IMG/VR virus record: IMGVR_UViG_3300044740_000023
Location: 21,806-85,805 of that record
From: a virus
Lineage: Duplodnaviria; Caudoviricetes
Length of the DNA stretch: 64,000 nucleotides
Direction: 5' to 3' (one strand)
Positions 27,465 to 37,163 of this stretch are shown piece after piece; positions within the stretch are counted from its first letter, which is position 1; the number at the start of each line of letters is the position of its first letter. The position numbers and the translations under genes are program-made. Below the pieces are notes generated by a model, which saw only the letters and a list, made by a program, of their open reading frames with translations, was not told where the DNA came from and made no database searches.

Positions 27465-27857
27465 CTACGTGTCCGACATCCCGAACACGAGCGAGCCGAC
27501 GTTGAACTCGGGAATGATGCCAGCGGCGACGACCGTCAGCGGGATCACGCCCGAGCACACGATCAGCCCTTTGCCCGTTTCGCTGGACGTGCAGAGCGCC
27601 CATCCGATCACGTTCGACGTGCCTGCCGTGCATTCGGGGAAGGACTTGAGCACGTTGTTGTGCCGTTTGTTTTCGGCGGCGGCAGACCATTGCGTTTTTT
27701 TCTGTTCGATCCGCGCGTAGCCGGTGTAGGTCGGCTCGACGATTGTGGCCCCCGTGTCCGAGCCTTTCACCGCAACTGTAGTCAGGGCAAGCCAGCCGTC
27801 GATGAGGAATTCTTCGAGGATCGTTTTCTTGCGTTCGTCGGAGAAGCCGGACATCAC
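27465..27857 (-). CDS. Virion structural protein (fibre-associated family)
   Basis: WLAL...E...GYARI...N...FP...G family pattern. Confidence 0.55.
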   Translation of the reverse strand: MMSGFSDERKKTILEEFLIDGWLALTTVAVKGSDTGATIVEPTYTGYARIEQKKTQWSAAAENKRHNNVLKSFPECTAGTSNVIGWALCTSSETGKGLIVCSGVIPLTVVAAGIIPEFNVGSLVFGMSDT

Positions 27858-28264
27858 ACCACCTCCAGAGTGATCGAGTATTGAAAGACGATGCTGCCGC
27901 CGCCTCTACCGACCATCCGGCCTGTCGAACGCTGCGGTGCGAACTGCGTGATGAGCACCTCGAAGAGCGTGCCGCTGATGTCCTGCCAGAAGATCGTGCG
28001 CGCGGGCGTGCCGATGCCCGCGCAGGCGTTGTAGAACGCTTCCATTTTTTCGATCTGCGTTTTCGTGGCCCACCCGTGCAGTTTGTAGACCGTGGGCTGT
28101 GGCGCACCCTGCTGGCGCACGAAGCCGACGCCGCTCGTGAGCGCCGTGCGTTCAAAGTTCTCCGTTTTTTCCTGCGGCTCTTCCGTTTCGTGGCTGATGT
28201 CCCATTCGTAGAGCGCGCCACCGTTGATGAGACCGGCTTTGTCTTGGAATCCGTCGCGTGCCAT
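27854..28264 (-). CDS. Distal-tail-like protein
   Basis: Directly follows the tape measure; size and beta pattern fit. Confidence 0.45.
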   Translation of the reverse strand: MARDGFQDKAGLINGGALYEWDISHETEEPQEKTENFERTALTSGVGFVRQQGAPQPTVYKLHGWATKTQIEKMEAFYNACAGIGTPARTIFWQDISGTLFEVLITQFAPQRSTGRMVGRGGGSIVFQYSITLEVV

Positions 28265-31200
28265 TACCGTGTCAACCCCGCGTTCCGTAGTTGGGCGGCG
28301 GTGAGGGAGCCGAACACACGCTCCATTTCTGCCGCGAAGCGTCCCGGCTCCGAGCCGGTCACGTTGACGCGAATCGAGTTGTGCTGATGCAGGACCGGGT
28401 GCGGCACCGAGGACGGCGAGAACTGCGTGAGGCCCGGTGCGCTCCTCGGGCGTCGGCGCGTGAGCGTGAGCGCGTCGTAGAGCGTCGGAGCCTGCGTGAC
28501 CGCGCCCACGGCGAACGAGCGGTTAGCGTCCTCCTCGTAGCCGTAGATGTTCTGCTCGATGTCACGGCGCTGCTGCGGCGTGAGTTTGTAGCGCCGCGAT
28601 TCGCGGAGGATTTTCTGTTCGCGTTCGACGGCCTGTACGTTGGTGATGCGTCCGGTGCCGAGCAGGAACTTGGTTTCGTTCTGCGCTTCCTGTCGCTCTT
28701 CTTCGGCCTGCTTGATGCGCAGGTTGTTGATCTGCGCCTGAGCCTTCTCTTTTTCTTCCGGCCCCTTCGCGAATTTCAATTCGCGCTCTGCGCCACGGAG
28801 TTCGATACCGATGCGCCTGAGCGGGATGTTGGTGAACGAGGCCGCGAGTTCGGTCTGCGTGCGGATGCGCTGCTTGAAGGCTTCGCGCAACTGGTTTTCG
28901 GACTCGACGAGGAGTAGCTGAGCCTGCGCCTGTTCGACCGGGTTGCGAGCGATGGCGAGCAGCGCCTCCGCTGTCCGTTTCGCGGCCTGCGCCTGCGCCA
29001 CGGCGTTGCCCGGTAGACGGGCCTGTTCGATCTGCCCGCGAAGCTGGACGGTCTGCTCTTCCTGCGAATGTGCGACTTCGCTGTAGGCACGACTCGCTTC
29101 CGCCGCCGACGCCTGGAACTGGAGTTTTTCGATAGGCGAGTAGCGACGGCTCGCCTGCACCGCTGCGGACACACGCGCCGCTTCACGCGCACGGACAGCG
29201 GCGAGTTCGACCGGGTTGTTTGCCCCGACTTGAGCTTCGGCAAGTTTGCCGCGCGCCTGGACGAGTTCGACCTGTTCGCGTTCGGCCTTGACCTCGTTTT
29301 CCTGTTTGCTCGTGCGCGCCGATTCGAGTTGCTTCAACGCGGCGGCGTGTTCCTCGGAGTATGGACTCTTCGAGTGGAGTTCTTTCAGCGCCGTTTTTTC
29401 TTCCCTGCGCAACTGCTTGTTCTCTTCTGCACGCTGCGCCGCAGGGCTACCGGCAAGCTCTGCCACTTTCCGTCCGGTGGTGAGTTTGCCTTCTTCAAAT
29501 TCGGCTTCGATGGTGGCGCGCGCGGAGGCGCGAGCGGCTTCCTGAAAGACCGTCTGGATGTGGCCCGCCGCCTGCCCGATCCCTTCGATCTCCTTCTTGA
29601 ACCGCTCCGCGTTCTGTTCGATCTGCGCGAGATCACCCTGAAGGCGCGCGCGCTTGTCCGACGAGGCGGCGTGCGCGATTTCCTGCTTGACCTTCGCCTT
29701 CGCCGCTTCCTGCTGAGCGAGTCCTTCCTTGGCTGTCTGGAGCGGCGCTTCGACGCCCGATTCGTAGTATTCACTCAATTCGCTGCGCAGCGTGTTGAAC
29801 GCCGAGCGGCGCTCCCTGTTATTCGTCGCAGCGGCGAGCCGCTGTTTGAACCGTTCCTGAGACACCGTGCCGATGTCGCTGAGACCCGTCTGCAAACGGC
29901 TCGCGTATTCTTCGAGTTTCTGCGGTTCGAGAGTCGAGCGCTCGATGGAGCCGCCGAGGTATTGCGCGATTTCATTCAGGGCATTCCGGCCCGCGCGCGT
30001 CCCGCCGTAGAGCTTGGCTGCGGCGTCGAGGCGCTTGATCCGTTCTTGCAGGAGTTTGCTGCCTTCGGACCCGCGTCCGGTTTCACCTGCCTCCGCTTCG
30101 TATTCAGCCCTGACAGTTTCCGCCGAGACCGCCGCGTTGAGCCTGCGTTCCTCAGCGGCGGCACCGGGCGCGCCCGGCCTGATGGTGGGCAGCCTGCCGT
30201 GCGCTTCGAGTTTCGCGAACGTCCGGGCACGGAGTTCGTCTGACGCGATGATGCGCGCGTTAGCTTCGTCCTGACTGATGCCCTTTTCAACCCGCTCGCG
30301 TTCCTTCCCGGCGTCGAAGCCGAAGAGTCCTGCCACCTGACTGATGCCCGGCGCTTCGAGAATCCCAAGGCCGATGTTGGTGATACCGCCAAGCACCCCG
30401 CCGTAGCGGTAGTCGAGGTTTGTCGGCTTCGCTTTCGCCGCGAGGTATGCGGCGGCACCGCCCACGAAGGCACCGGGGAGACCAAACGCGAGGCCACCCG
30501 CTGCGGCCCCGAGGCCGATCTGCGATGACGCGCCTTCCAGTTTTTTGCCGAAGCTGCCGCCAAACGCTTCACCGATGACGTTGGCGGCGATGGCTCCGAA
30601 GAACGCCGTGTTGAATGCGCCGAGTAGCTTGCCGCCGTAGCCCTGGAAGCGCGCGCTCAGTTTGCTGCGTAGCTCCCCAACTTGAGTCGCGATCAGACCC
30701 TCGCTGGAGAGGGGTGAACCGAACTGCGAGAGAAGTGTGGCTCCGTAGATGCTGTTGACCCGCGCTGCCGCCCTGCTCGCGAGGCCCGCGCTCGCGAGGC
30801 CCACGTCAGCGGATGCCGCGACCTTAGCCATGCCCTGCCGCTGCACCAGGATGAGTTTCTCGTTGCCCTCCGCGACGGCGTTGGTGAAGCGCGCCTCGGC
30901 TGCCGTCGCCTCCTGCGCCCCACCCTCGGTGAAGATGAGCGGCCCGCCGCCCTCCTTCAGCCGTTCATAGCGGCCCTTGTTGCGGAGGGCTTCTTTCTCA
31001 GCCTTGTCGTAGGCTTCGATGGACGCCTGACGGTTCTTCTCCAGGTCCGCTCTGTCGGCGGCAACTTCGCGCGCCTTTGGCGTGAGACCGAACCGCTCCT
31101 CGATGTTCGCACTCGGGCCGTATTTGCGTTCGTGCTCTTTCAGCGCTTCGTCGCTGAGTTCGACACCTTCCGCACGGCGCGCCACGGTCTCCGCGAGGCC

Positions 31201-33507
31201 CGCCTGACGCTGGCGGATGCGGTTGAGGTATTCGCGGTTTAGCTCGCGCTCGATGAGCGTCTGCCGTGCCGACTGCGCGCCGAGCAGCCCCGCGTAAGGA
31301 CTGTCAGCGAAGAAGGCGCGGGCCGTGAGCGCCGGGCCGGTGCGCGCGAAACGCGAGAAGGCCGCGAGACCGCCCAATGCCAAGACTGGAGTTGTGGCAC
31401 CACTCGGCAGCGAGGAGAAGATGGAGCCGATGCGCTCGAACGGGCCGAGCGCCGCACCGATCTGCCGACCGGCGAAGGTGATCGTCGAGGCGATGGCTTT
31501 GATCGCGGTGATAAAGCCGCCCTCACCGATCTGGCTGCCGACCGCTTCAAACTCGATGCCGATTTTTTTGATCTGCTCGTTGACCTGACCGAGCTTCTTT
31601 TCAAGGTCTCGCGCTGCGGAGCCTTCCGACTTCGCAAGCTGTTCTTTCACTTCCTCCGGTAGTGCTGTCTGTCCGGCGCGGTAGAGCGGCAGGAAGTAGC
31701 GGAGGCCGAGCGCCGAGCCGCCGCCTGCCGCTTTCGCGAGCGCCTGTAGTTGCTGGTTTGAGAGATTCGGTGCAAGCTCCTGCACTTCGCGGTTGAAGCG
31801 CCCGACGTGTGTGAGCACATCGGCGGGCCGGAAGCCGAATTCGCGCAGCGTGCTCTCGGCTTCGGGACGGCGCAGGTTGGCAGGCTCGCGGATGAGCGCG
31901 GTCGCCGGGTTGCCACCACCTGTACCACCACCGCCACCTGTCGTGCGGTAAAGCTGGATGATCTGTTCGTTGAGTTCGGTCGCGGTGCCACCGGCAGCCG
32001 CGAACGACGACGCCGCACGCCCGATGGCGGGGAGTGTCTGCTGGAGGCGAGCGTTGAACTTGAGTTGCCCGACATCGAGTTCGTTGAAGGTTTTGGCGAT
32101 CCCTGACGGTCCCTCTTTGAACGACACGTTGAGCGCCGCGAAGGTCTTGACCGCATCCTGAATCGGTACTTCGTCGAGCTTCTGCGCGAGCAGCGCCGTG
32201 CGCGCCACTTCTTTCGACGCCTGCTGTGTCGGGAACGCGCGCGCGGCGTAGAACTGCGCCGACGCCGCCTCGCTGATCGGGACGTTGATTTCGGTCGCCA
32301 GTTTGCGGAAGCCGGACGCCGCCGCCGCTTTGTTCACACCCTCCAGCGAGCGTTCGAGTTGTGACACACCGCTCTGTGTCTCGATGGCACCCTGACCGAA
32401 CTTCTTGAGCGCCTCGTATGCGCCATAGACGAGACCGCCCGCGACAGCCCACCCCGCGAACTTGCCGATGGTCTGCACCATCGAGTTGCCGAACTCGCGC
32501 ATCGTGACTTCGCCGCGCGCGAGCGCCGAGATGAACTCCGTGGAGAGCGCGCCGTGACGGGTGAGCGCGTTGGCGCTTTCGCCGTAGATGCCGACCGAGC
32601 GCTGGAAGATGCCGTTGACGCGCTGCTGCACGTCGCCCTGCGCCGCGATCTCCGCGTTGAGCGACGCGATCTTCGCGCGCGTATCCGCCTCGGCACCCGA
32701 GAGCGTGCCTGCCGGGACCACCTCGGGACCGAGCGGGTTGCCCGCTTTGTCGTAGCGCTGGAAGCGCGTCACGCGCTCCGTGCCGCCCGGCAGGAGGCCC
32801 GCGTACTCAGGCTGCGCGAGCGTGCTGGCCGTGTACTGCGGGAGGAGCCGCTGCTGGCGGTAGAACTCGCTGACGGCCTGTTCGCGCGCGGCTGCGCCGG
32901 GACCGTAGGTGCCCGCCTCGCGCGCGAGTTTCGAGCTTTCGCTGTACTGCGGAATCAGGATCGGCGCGCGGTTGAACCGCTCCACCTCAGCGGCGCGCCT
33001 AGCCGCTTCGCGCGCTTCGATGGCTCCCCGGTCGAGGATGACCGGCGCAGCCGCCGCGCGCGTCGATGCACGCTCGATGGCCTGCTCCAGTTTCGCCGCA
33101 GCCGCCGCCGACGCTGCGCCGACATCGAGAGTGCCGAAGCCCGCCGAGGACGCGCCGTACTCGACCCGGCGAGCGCCACCTGCGGCTGCGGCAGCACCGG
33201 CCCCCTCCGCACCCGCGAGACCGGCGACCCCGGCGCGCTCGCGCCACGCAGCGGTGTTGGCGGCGAGAGCAGATGTCTCGGCCTGGAGCCTCGCCGTGAG
33301 CGAGGAAATCTCCGCGACCTGCTTCTGCATTGCAGCGACCGACTCAAGTCGTGCCGTCGTGTTCGCCTGAATGCTCTTGGTGTTCAGCCCTTCCGTGGCC
33401 GTCAGCGTTTTGAAGCTCTTGTCAAGCTCCCCGATCTGCGCGGCAGTCTTGGCGAGCGCCTCGGACGCCTGTGCCTGTGCGCTGCCGTATTTGGGATCGC
33501 GTGGCAT
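28264..33507 (-). CDS. Tail tape measure protein (1747 aa)
   Basis: Ala/Gly/Glu-rich helical ORF with hydrophobic glycine-rich stretches, directly after the tail chaperone pair. Confidence 0.92.
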   Translation of the reverse strand: MPRDPKYGSAQAQASEALAKTAAQIGELDKSFKTLTATEGLNTKSIQANTTARLESVAAMQKQVAEISSLTARLQAETSALAANTAAWRERAGVAGLAGAEGAGAAAAAGGARRVEYGASSAGFGTLDVGAASAAAAAKLEQAIERASTRAAAAPVILDRGAIEAREAARRAAEVERFNRAPILIPQYSESSKLAREAGTYGPGAAAREQAVSEFYRQQRLLPQYTASTLAQPEYAGLLPGGTERVTRFQRYDKAGNPLGPEVVPAGTLSGAEADTRAKIASLNAEIAAQGDVQQRVNGIFQRSVGIYGESANALTRHGALSTEFISALARGEVTMREFGNSMVQTIGKFAGWAVAGGLVYGAYEALKKFGQGAIETQSGVSQLERSLEGVNKAAAASGFRKLATEINVPISEAASAQFYAARAFPTQQASKEVARTALLAQKLDEVPIQDAVKTFAALNVSFKEGPSGIAKTFNELDVGQLKFNARLQQTLPAIGRAASSFAAAGGTATELNEQIIQLYRTTGGGGGTGGGNPATALIREPANLRRPEAESTLREFGFRPADVLTHVGRFNREVQELAPNLSNQQLQALAKAAGGGSALGLRYFLPLYRAGQTALPEEVKEQLAKSEGSAARDLEKKLGQVNEQIKKIGIEFEAVGSQIGEGGFITAIKAIASTITFAGRQIGAALGPFERIGSIFSSLPSGATTPVLALGGLAAFSRFARTGPALTARAFFADSPYAGLLGAQSARQTLIERELNREYLNRIRQRQAGLAETVARRAEGVELSDEALKEHERKYGPSANIEERFGLTPKAREVAADRADLEKNRQASIEAYDKAEKEALRNKGRYERLKEGGGPLIFTEGGAQEATAAEARFTNAVAEGNEKLILVQRQGMAKVAASADVGLASAGLASRAAARVNSIYGATLLSQFGSPLSSEGLIATQVGELRSKLSARFQGYGGKLLGAFNTAFFGAIAANVIGEAFGGSFGKKLEGASSQIGLGAAAGGLAFGLPGAFVGGAAAYLAAKAKPTNLDYRYGGVLGGITNIGLGILEAPGISQVAGLFGFDAGKERERVEKGISQDEANARIIASDELRARTFAKLEAHGRLPTIRPGAPGAAAEERRLNAAVSAETVRAEYEAEAGETGRGSEGSKLLQERIKRLDAAAKLYGGTRAGRNALNEIAQYLGGSIERSTLEPQKLEEYASRLQTGLSDIGTVSQERFKQRLAAATNNRERRSAFNTLRSELSEYYESGVEAPLQTAKEGLAQQEAAKAKVKQEIAHAASSDKRARLQGDLAQIEQNAERFKKEIEGIGQAAGHIQTVFQEAARASARATIEAEFEEGKLTTGRKVAELAGSPAAQRAEENKQLRREEKTALKELHSKSPYSEEHAAALKQLESARTSKQENEVKAEREQVELVQARGKLAEAQVGANNPVELAAVRAREAARVSAAVQASRRYSPIEKLQFQASAAEASRAYSEVAHSQEEQTVQLRGQIEQARLPGNAVAQAQAAKRTAEALLAIARNPVEQAQAQLLLVESENQLREAFKQRIRTQTELAASFTNIPLRRIGIELRGAERELKFAKGPEEKEKAQAQINNLRIKQAEEERQEAQNETKFLLGTGRITNVQAVEREQKILRESRRYKLTPQQRRDIEQNIYGYEEDANRSFAVGAVTQAPTLYDALTLTRRRPRSAPGLTQFSPSSVPHPVLHQHNSIRVNVTGSEPGRFAAEMERVFGSLTAAQLRNAGLTR

Positions 33508-33510
33508 GGC

Positions 33511-33846
33511 CTATTTGTCGAACCCGATGAGCAGCCTGTCGCGGAGTGCGTTCTTCATCATCGGCCCCGAGGACTCGTCGCCGCCCTTGCCTTCCATTTC
33601 CGCCTTGCGCATCGCCTTCACGTCAGCCCACCACTCCTCCATCGCATCGCTGTTGAGCCAGATGCGCTTAGGCGGGCGCTCCTTCTCGGGTAGCTCCTCG
33701 AACGACAGGAACCCAAGCGCCGCCATGATCGCGTTGTGGACGGTGTACGGAAGGTCATACGCTCGTTCGATGCCGTGCGGATACAGGGATGAGATGTCAC
33801 CGAGGTCACGAGCGAGGCGAACAACGCTCAGCCACCTCTCATCCAA
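33511..33846 (-). CDS. Tail assembly chaperone, frameshift-extension (T) segment
   Basis: In the -1 frame relative to 33849-34703, reached via G GGA AAC. Confidence 0.8.
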   Translation of the reverse strand: MDERWLSVVRLARDLGDISSLYPHGIERAYDLPYTVHNAIMAALGFLSFEELPEKERPPKRIWLNSDAMEEWWADVKAMRKAEMEGKGGDESSGPMMKNALRDRLLIGFDK

Positions 33847-33848
33847 GA

Positions 33849-34703
33849 TCAGTTTCCCGAGGCATCACCCCGGTTTAGCCGCGACTCAAGTTCGTCCAAC
33901 GCCTCGTCGAGTGCCCGAATCACCTCGGGCGGCGCGGCCTTCATGTCGTCCATCTTCGGCCAGTAGCGGAACGACGCGACTCCACCGGGGCACTTGCGCG
34001 TGCAGATGAAGCCCATCCAGGTGTAGTAGGTGGTGCTGCGCATCTGCTCCGCTTCGTGCTCGATACGATGCTCGCGCAGCGCCTCGCGGAACGGCTCGTC
34101 AGCGAGCGTGCGCAGCCCCGCGCGGATGTTCTCCCGTTCGGCGCTGATCCGCGCTTCGAGGGTCTCGTCGTACTCGGCCACGAGCTTCGTGAGGGTGTCG
34201 AAGTCGTCGCTCCGCTGGTCCTCGGGGAGCGCTTGCTGGCGGACTAGCTCCTCGCGGTGCTGGCCGATGTCCGCGAACTCCTCCTGCTCGCGTACCTCCG
34301 TGATGAGGTCCATGATCTTCTTGCGCAGCTTGTCCTCTGCGATCAGAACGACGTAGCCCTCGCGATCCTCGCGCATCGCTTCGTCGAGTTCGGACTCCAA
34401 GATCGCGTAGGCGTCGGTCTCGGGGTCGCGGAAGGCCATCTTGCGCCGCGCCGCCGCAGCCCGGCCCTTCTCCACGATGTCGTTGTGCTGGAGCGTGTTC
34501 GGCAGGCAGAGCCATGCGTGGAAGTGCTGCGGGTCCTTGCACTCGCCGTCCTCGCGGTGCTCGCACTCCCGCGCGCCCTCTCCGACGTGGACGTAGGTGC
34601 TGTACTCGAAGAGATGGGCGCTCGTCCGTGTCGCCTCTGCGCCGCCCTCAGCGGGCGCGCCGTTCTGTTCGGCCTGCTCCGGTGCCACCGTTGATGCCTC
34701 CAT
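33849..34703 (-). CDS. Tail assembly chaperone (G)
   Basis: Ends in the slippery heptamer; precedes the tape measure; SD AGGGAGG. Confidence 0.75.
   Translation of the reverse strand: MEASTVAPEQAEQNGAPAEGGAEATRTSAHLFEYSTYVHVGEGARECEHREDGECKDPQHFHAWLCLPNTLQHNDIVEKGRAAAARRKMAFRDPETDAYAILESELDEAMREDREGYVVLIAEDKLRKKIMDLITEVREQEEFADIGQHREELVRQQALPEDQRSDDFDTLTKLVAEYDETLEARISAERENIRAGLRTLADEPFREALREHRIEHEAEQMRSTTYYTWMGFICTRKCPGGVASFRYWPKMDDMKAAPPEVIRALDEALDELESRLNRGDASGN
33852..33858 (-). other. Programmed -1 ribosomal frameshift site G GGA AAC
   Basis: TCG GGA AAC TGA in the zero frame; -1 frame reads GGG AAA CTG ATC TTG GAT GAG into the next ORF; canonical X XXY YYZ. Confidence 0.85.
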
Positions 34704-34760
34704 TTTCGTACCTCCCTAGTGGTGTTGCCGTGACGTAAGTTAGCTCATCGGGCCGACGAC

Positions 34761-36230
34761 TCAGTTGACCCGCACGATGTCGAGGAAGATGTCGTAGCCG
34801 GTCTCGTTGTTTTCTTCGCCGCCTGGCGCGCCGAGTAGCTGGTATTCGAGCTTGATCTTGGTCCCGGCTTTGATGCGCCATATCCACGAGTCCGTGGGGT
34901 CGGGGTTGACTTCCCTGCCGAGGTACACAGACGAGTAGATCGTGTCGCCCGCGTCGATGCCGCCCGCCGTAGTGCTTGGGCGCAGCCATACCGCCTCTGC
35001 GTGTTTGGCGTTGCTCATCCCCCACCGCAGGCGCAGCATGTAAGTGCCCGCCGTTTTGACTTCAATCTCTTCTTCGTTCGGCAGCGCGAGGTCCGTGCCT
35101 GCGCCCCCGGCAGCGCCCGGTGTTTTCTTCCACTTCAGCGGATTGAGTTTCCCGTTGTTTTTGAACGTCGCCGGTTCCGCGTTGGTGGCGTTGTATTCGA
35201 GATGCAGACGACTGTCGGGCACCGTGCCCGCCGCGCCCGTTTCGCCTTTTTCGCCTGTTTCGCCTTTTTCCCCGCGTTCGCCTTTTTCACCGCTACCGCC
35301 GACCGCTTCGAGCGGGGCCGTGCGGATTTCGTGATTGCCGCAGGTGATGTAGATAGTCGGGCCAACGATGAGCGCGTTGAGAGCGCCCTGTTCGACGGGA
35401 AGGTAATTTGCGTCGGGGAACTCGGGATCGGTATGCACGCGCCCGACACCTTCACCATCCGTCCAGTACAGATCGTGCCCGTGTACCGCCATGTGCCGCA
35501 CGGCTTCCGGCACGCGCAGCCAGTAGGGGTCGTTGCCACCTTCGACGATGTGCCGCCCGATGTAAAAGCGTTCTTCTTCGTTTTCGACATATCTCCAGCC
35601 GTAATAGACATACGGCCCGGCAGCGGCGATACCTGCCGTGTTTCGCGAAAGCGGCACCATGCGTGCTTCATGGCCGCTTCCGTCCACCTTGATGCGCCCG
35701 ATCCATTCGTAGTAGTTGGGGCCTTCTTCACCTTCCCACACGAAGTACAGCCATTCACCGCTAACCGCGATGTCATGCATTTCACCCTTTTCGGTGAAGG
35801 CCGCGTGCTGCCATTCGGGTTGCGCTTCACTCCCGTTGATATTCGCGCGCCCGAGCCAGAGTGTCCCTTCGCTCCACGGCGCGTTCCACGACCAGAAGAG
35901 GAGCCATTCGCCTTCGTCGGGCGTGTAACAGGCGAGGCCCACGACGTTGCGCCCCGGCGCAGCCAAGAGCCAATGGGCTTCGCGCGTGCCGTTGCCGATA
36001 TTGACCCGTTCGATGTATTCGCCGTTGGCGAGGTAGAGATATGTGCCGTCTGTGGCAGCCTGCCCCGCATTCGACGTGCCTGTGACGAACTGCCGAGTGG
36101 GACCAGGCACCGGGTCGCCAAGCAGCGCGGCGACAGCCTCGTCGTCCTCGATGCCGAGCACCGCCGCGATCAGGTCGAAGTCGAAGCCCCTGTTCGCGAG
36201 GGTCTGCGCACGCTCAACGAGCGTGGGCAT
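34761..36230 (-). CDS. Tail fibre-like protein: beta-propeller + collagen Gly-X-Y + C-terminal globular domain
   Basis: Blade repeats (DGTYLYLAN, SGEWLYFV, GPYVYY, GHDLYWTD); GEKGERGEKGETGEKGETGAAG. Confidence 0.7.
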   Translation of the reverse strand: MPTLVERAQTLANRGFDFDLIAAVLGIEDDEAVAALLGDPVPGPTRQFVTGTSNAGQAATDGTYLYLANGEYIERVNIGNGTREAHWLLAAPGRNVVGLACYTPDEGEWLLFWSWNAPWSEGTLWLGRANINGSEAQPEWQHAAFTEKGEMHDIAVSGEWLYFVWEGEEGPNYYEWIGRIKVDGSGHEARMVPLSRNTAGIAAAGPYVYYGWRYVENEEERFYIGRHIVEGGNDPYWLRVPEAVRHMAVHGHDLYWTDGEGVGRVHTDPEFPDANYLPVEQGALNALIVGPTIYITCGNHEIRTAPLEAVGGSGEKGERGEKGETGEKGETGAAGTVPDSRLHLEYNATNAEPATFKNNGKLNPLKWKKTPGAAGGAGTDLALPNEEEIEVKTAGTYMLRLRWGMSNAKHAEAVWLRPSTTAGGIDAGDTIYSSVYLGREVNPDPTDSWIWRIKAGTKIKLEYQLLGAPGGEENNETGYDIFLDIVRVN

Positions 36231-36236
36231 GAGCGC

Positions 36237-36725
36237 CTACGAGGAGGACGGGTAGATCGCGCCCGGCGCGTAGGGAGCCGGGTAGTGCGTGGCCGCGACT
36301 TCCGGCAGCGCGCCCGTGCGCCCGCCTGACGCCTGTCCGCCCGGACCCGGCGCGTAGCCAGCTTCATCTCCGAGCGGCTCGATGGGCGGCGAGGCCACGG
36401 ACGGAAGCGCCGCCGTATTGCCCGCCTGCGCCTCGCCGCCGCCAAGACCGGCTGCGGCGGGCACTTGGCTCGTCACGCCGGGAGAGGAGCCGACCGACGC
36501 CGCCACCGTGGGCGGTGCGGTGGTCGCGCTCTGGCTCGTGCCACCGGCCTGACCGGGCGACGGACCCTCAAGTTCCGAGTGGCCCTCGGTGGCTACTGAT
36601 GGAGGAGCTTCAGTTGCGCTCTGATCGGTCCCACCAGCGGGACCGGGACCAGGACCCTCGATTTCGGAGTGGCCCTCGCCCGCTGCCTCTGTGGGGTACG
36701 GCCCGGTGTAGCCAGATGCCTCCAT
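36237..36725 (-). CDS. Low-complexity P/A/G/S/T/E-rich protein with internal repeats
   Basis: Two ~30-aa EGHSE.EGP.PG.AGGT.QSAT.APP.VA units; SD AGGAGG. Confidence 0.55.
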   Translation of the reverse strand: MEASGYTGPYPTEAAGEGHSEIEGPGPGPAGGTDQSATEAPPSVATEGHSELEGPSPGQAGGTSQSATTAPPTVAASVGSSPGVTSQVPAAAGLGGGEAQAGNTAALPSVASPPIEPLGDEAGYAPGPGGQASGGRTGALPEVAATHYPAPYAPGAIYPSSS

Positions 36726-36734
36726 CGTTGCCTC

Positions 36735-37160
36735 CTATGCCGTCTGCTGGACTTCGGGACCGGGTGAGATGGTTTCGGCAGCGGGTGCCGCCGCGTCGGA
36801 GCGCGCGGGCGGGCTGCCCGCGTAGGTGTGCTGCGAGATCAGCGCGAAGGTTTTGGTGAAGCCCGAGTTCTGGAGCACGTAGGTCGCCTCACCTACGGGT
36901 GCCCAATGCACGAAGTCCGTATCTTCGTGCGGCGTGTTGCCTTTGTTGCCGGACGCCTGCGAGCGGTAGATGATCCCTTCATCTTCGACGTATGCGCCCT
37001 TGGCATACGTGCTACCCGCGCTGTAGGCGGCGATGGGACCGACGAGGGGCGGACCCGGCTGGAATGCGAGGTCCGCCAGAGCCTCGTTGAGAGCTTCCTC
37101 TTTTTCCGCCTCTTCAGCGAGAGGGATGGTCGCGATGACCGTGCCGGTACCTCCGGGCAT
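36735..37160 (-). CDS. Virion protein with carbohydrate-binding (CBM5/12-like) module
   Basis: AYSAGSTYAKGAYVEDEGIIYRS...GNTP...W. Confidence 0.55.
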   Translation of the reverse strand: MPGGTGTVIATIPLAEEAEKEEALNEALADLAFQPGPPLVGPIAAYSAGSTYAKGAYVEDEGIIYRSQASGNKGNTPHEDTDFVHWAPVGEATYVLQNSGFTKTFALISQHTYAGSPPARSDAAAPAAETISPGPEVQQTA

Positions 37161-37163
37161 GGC

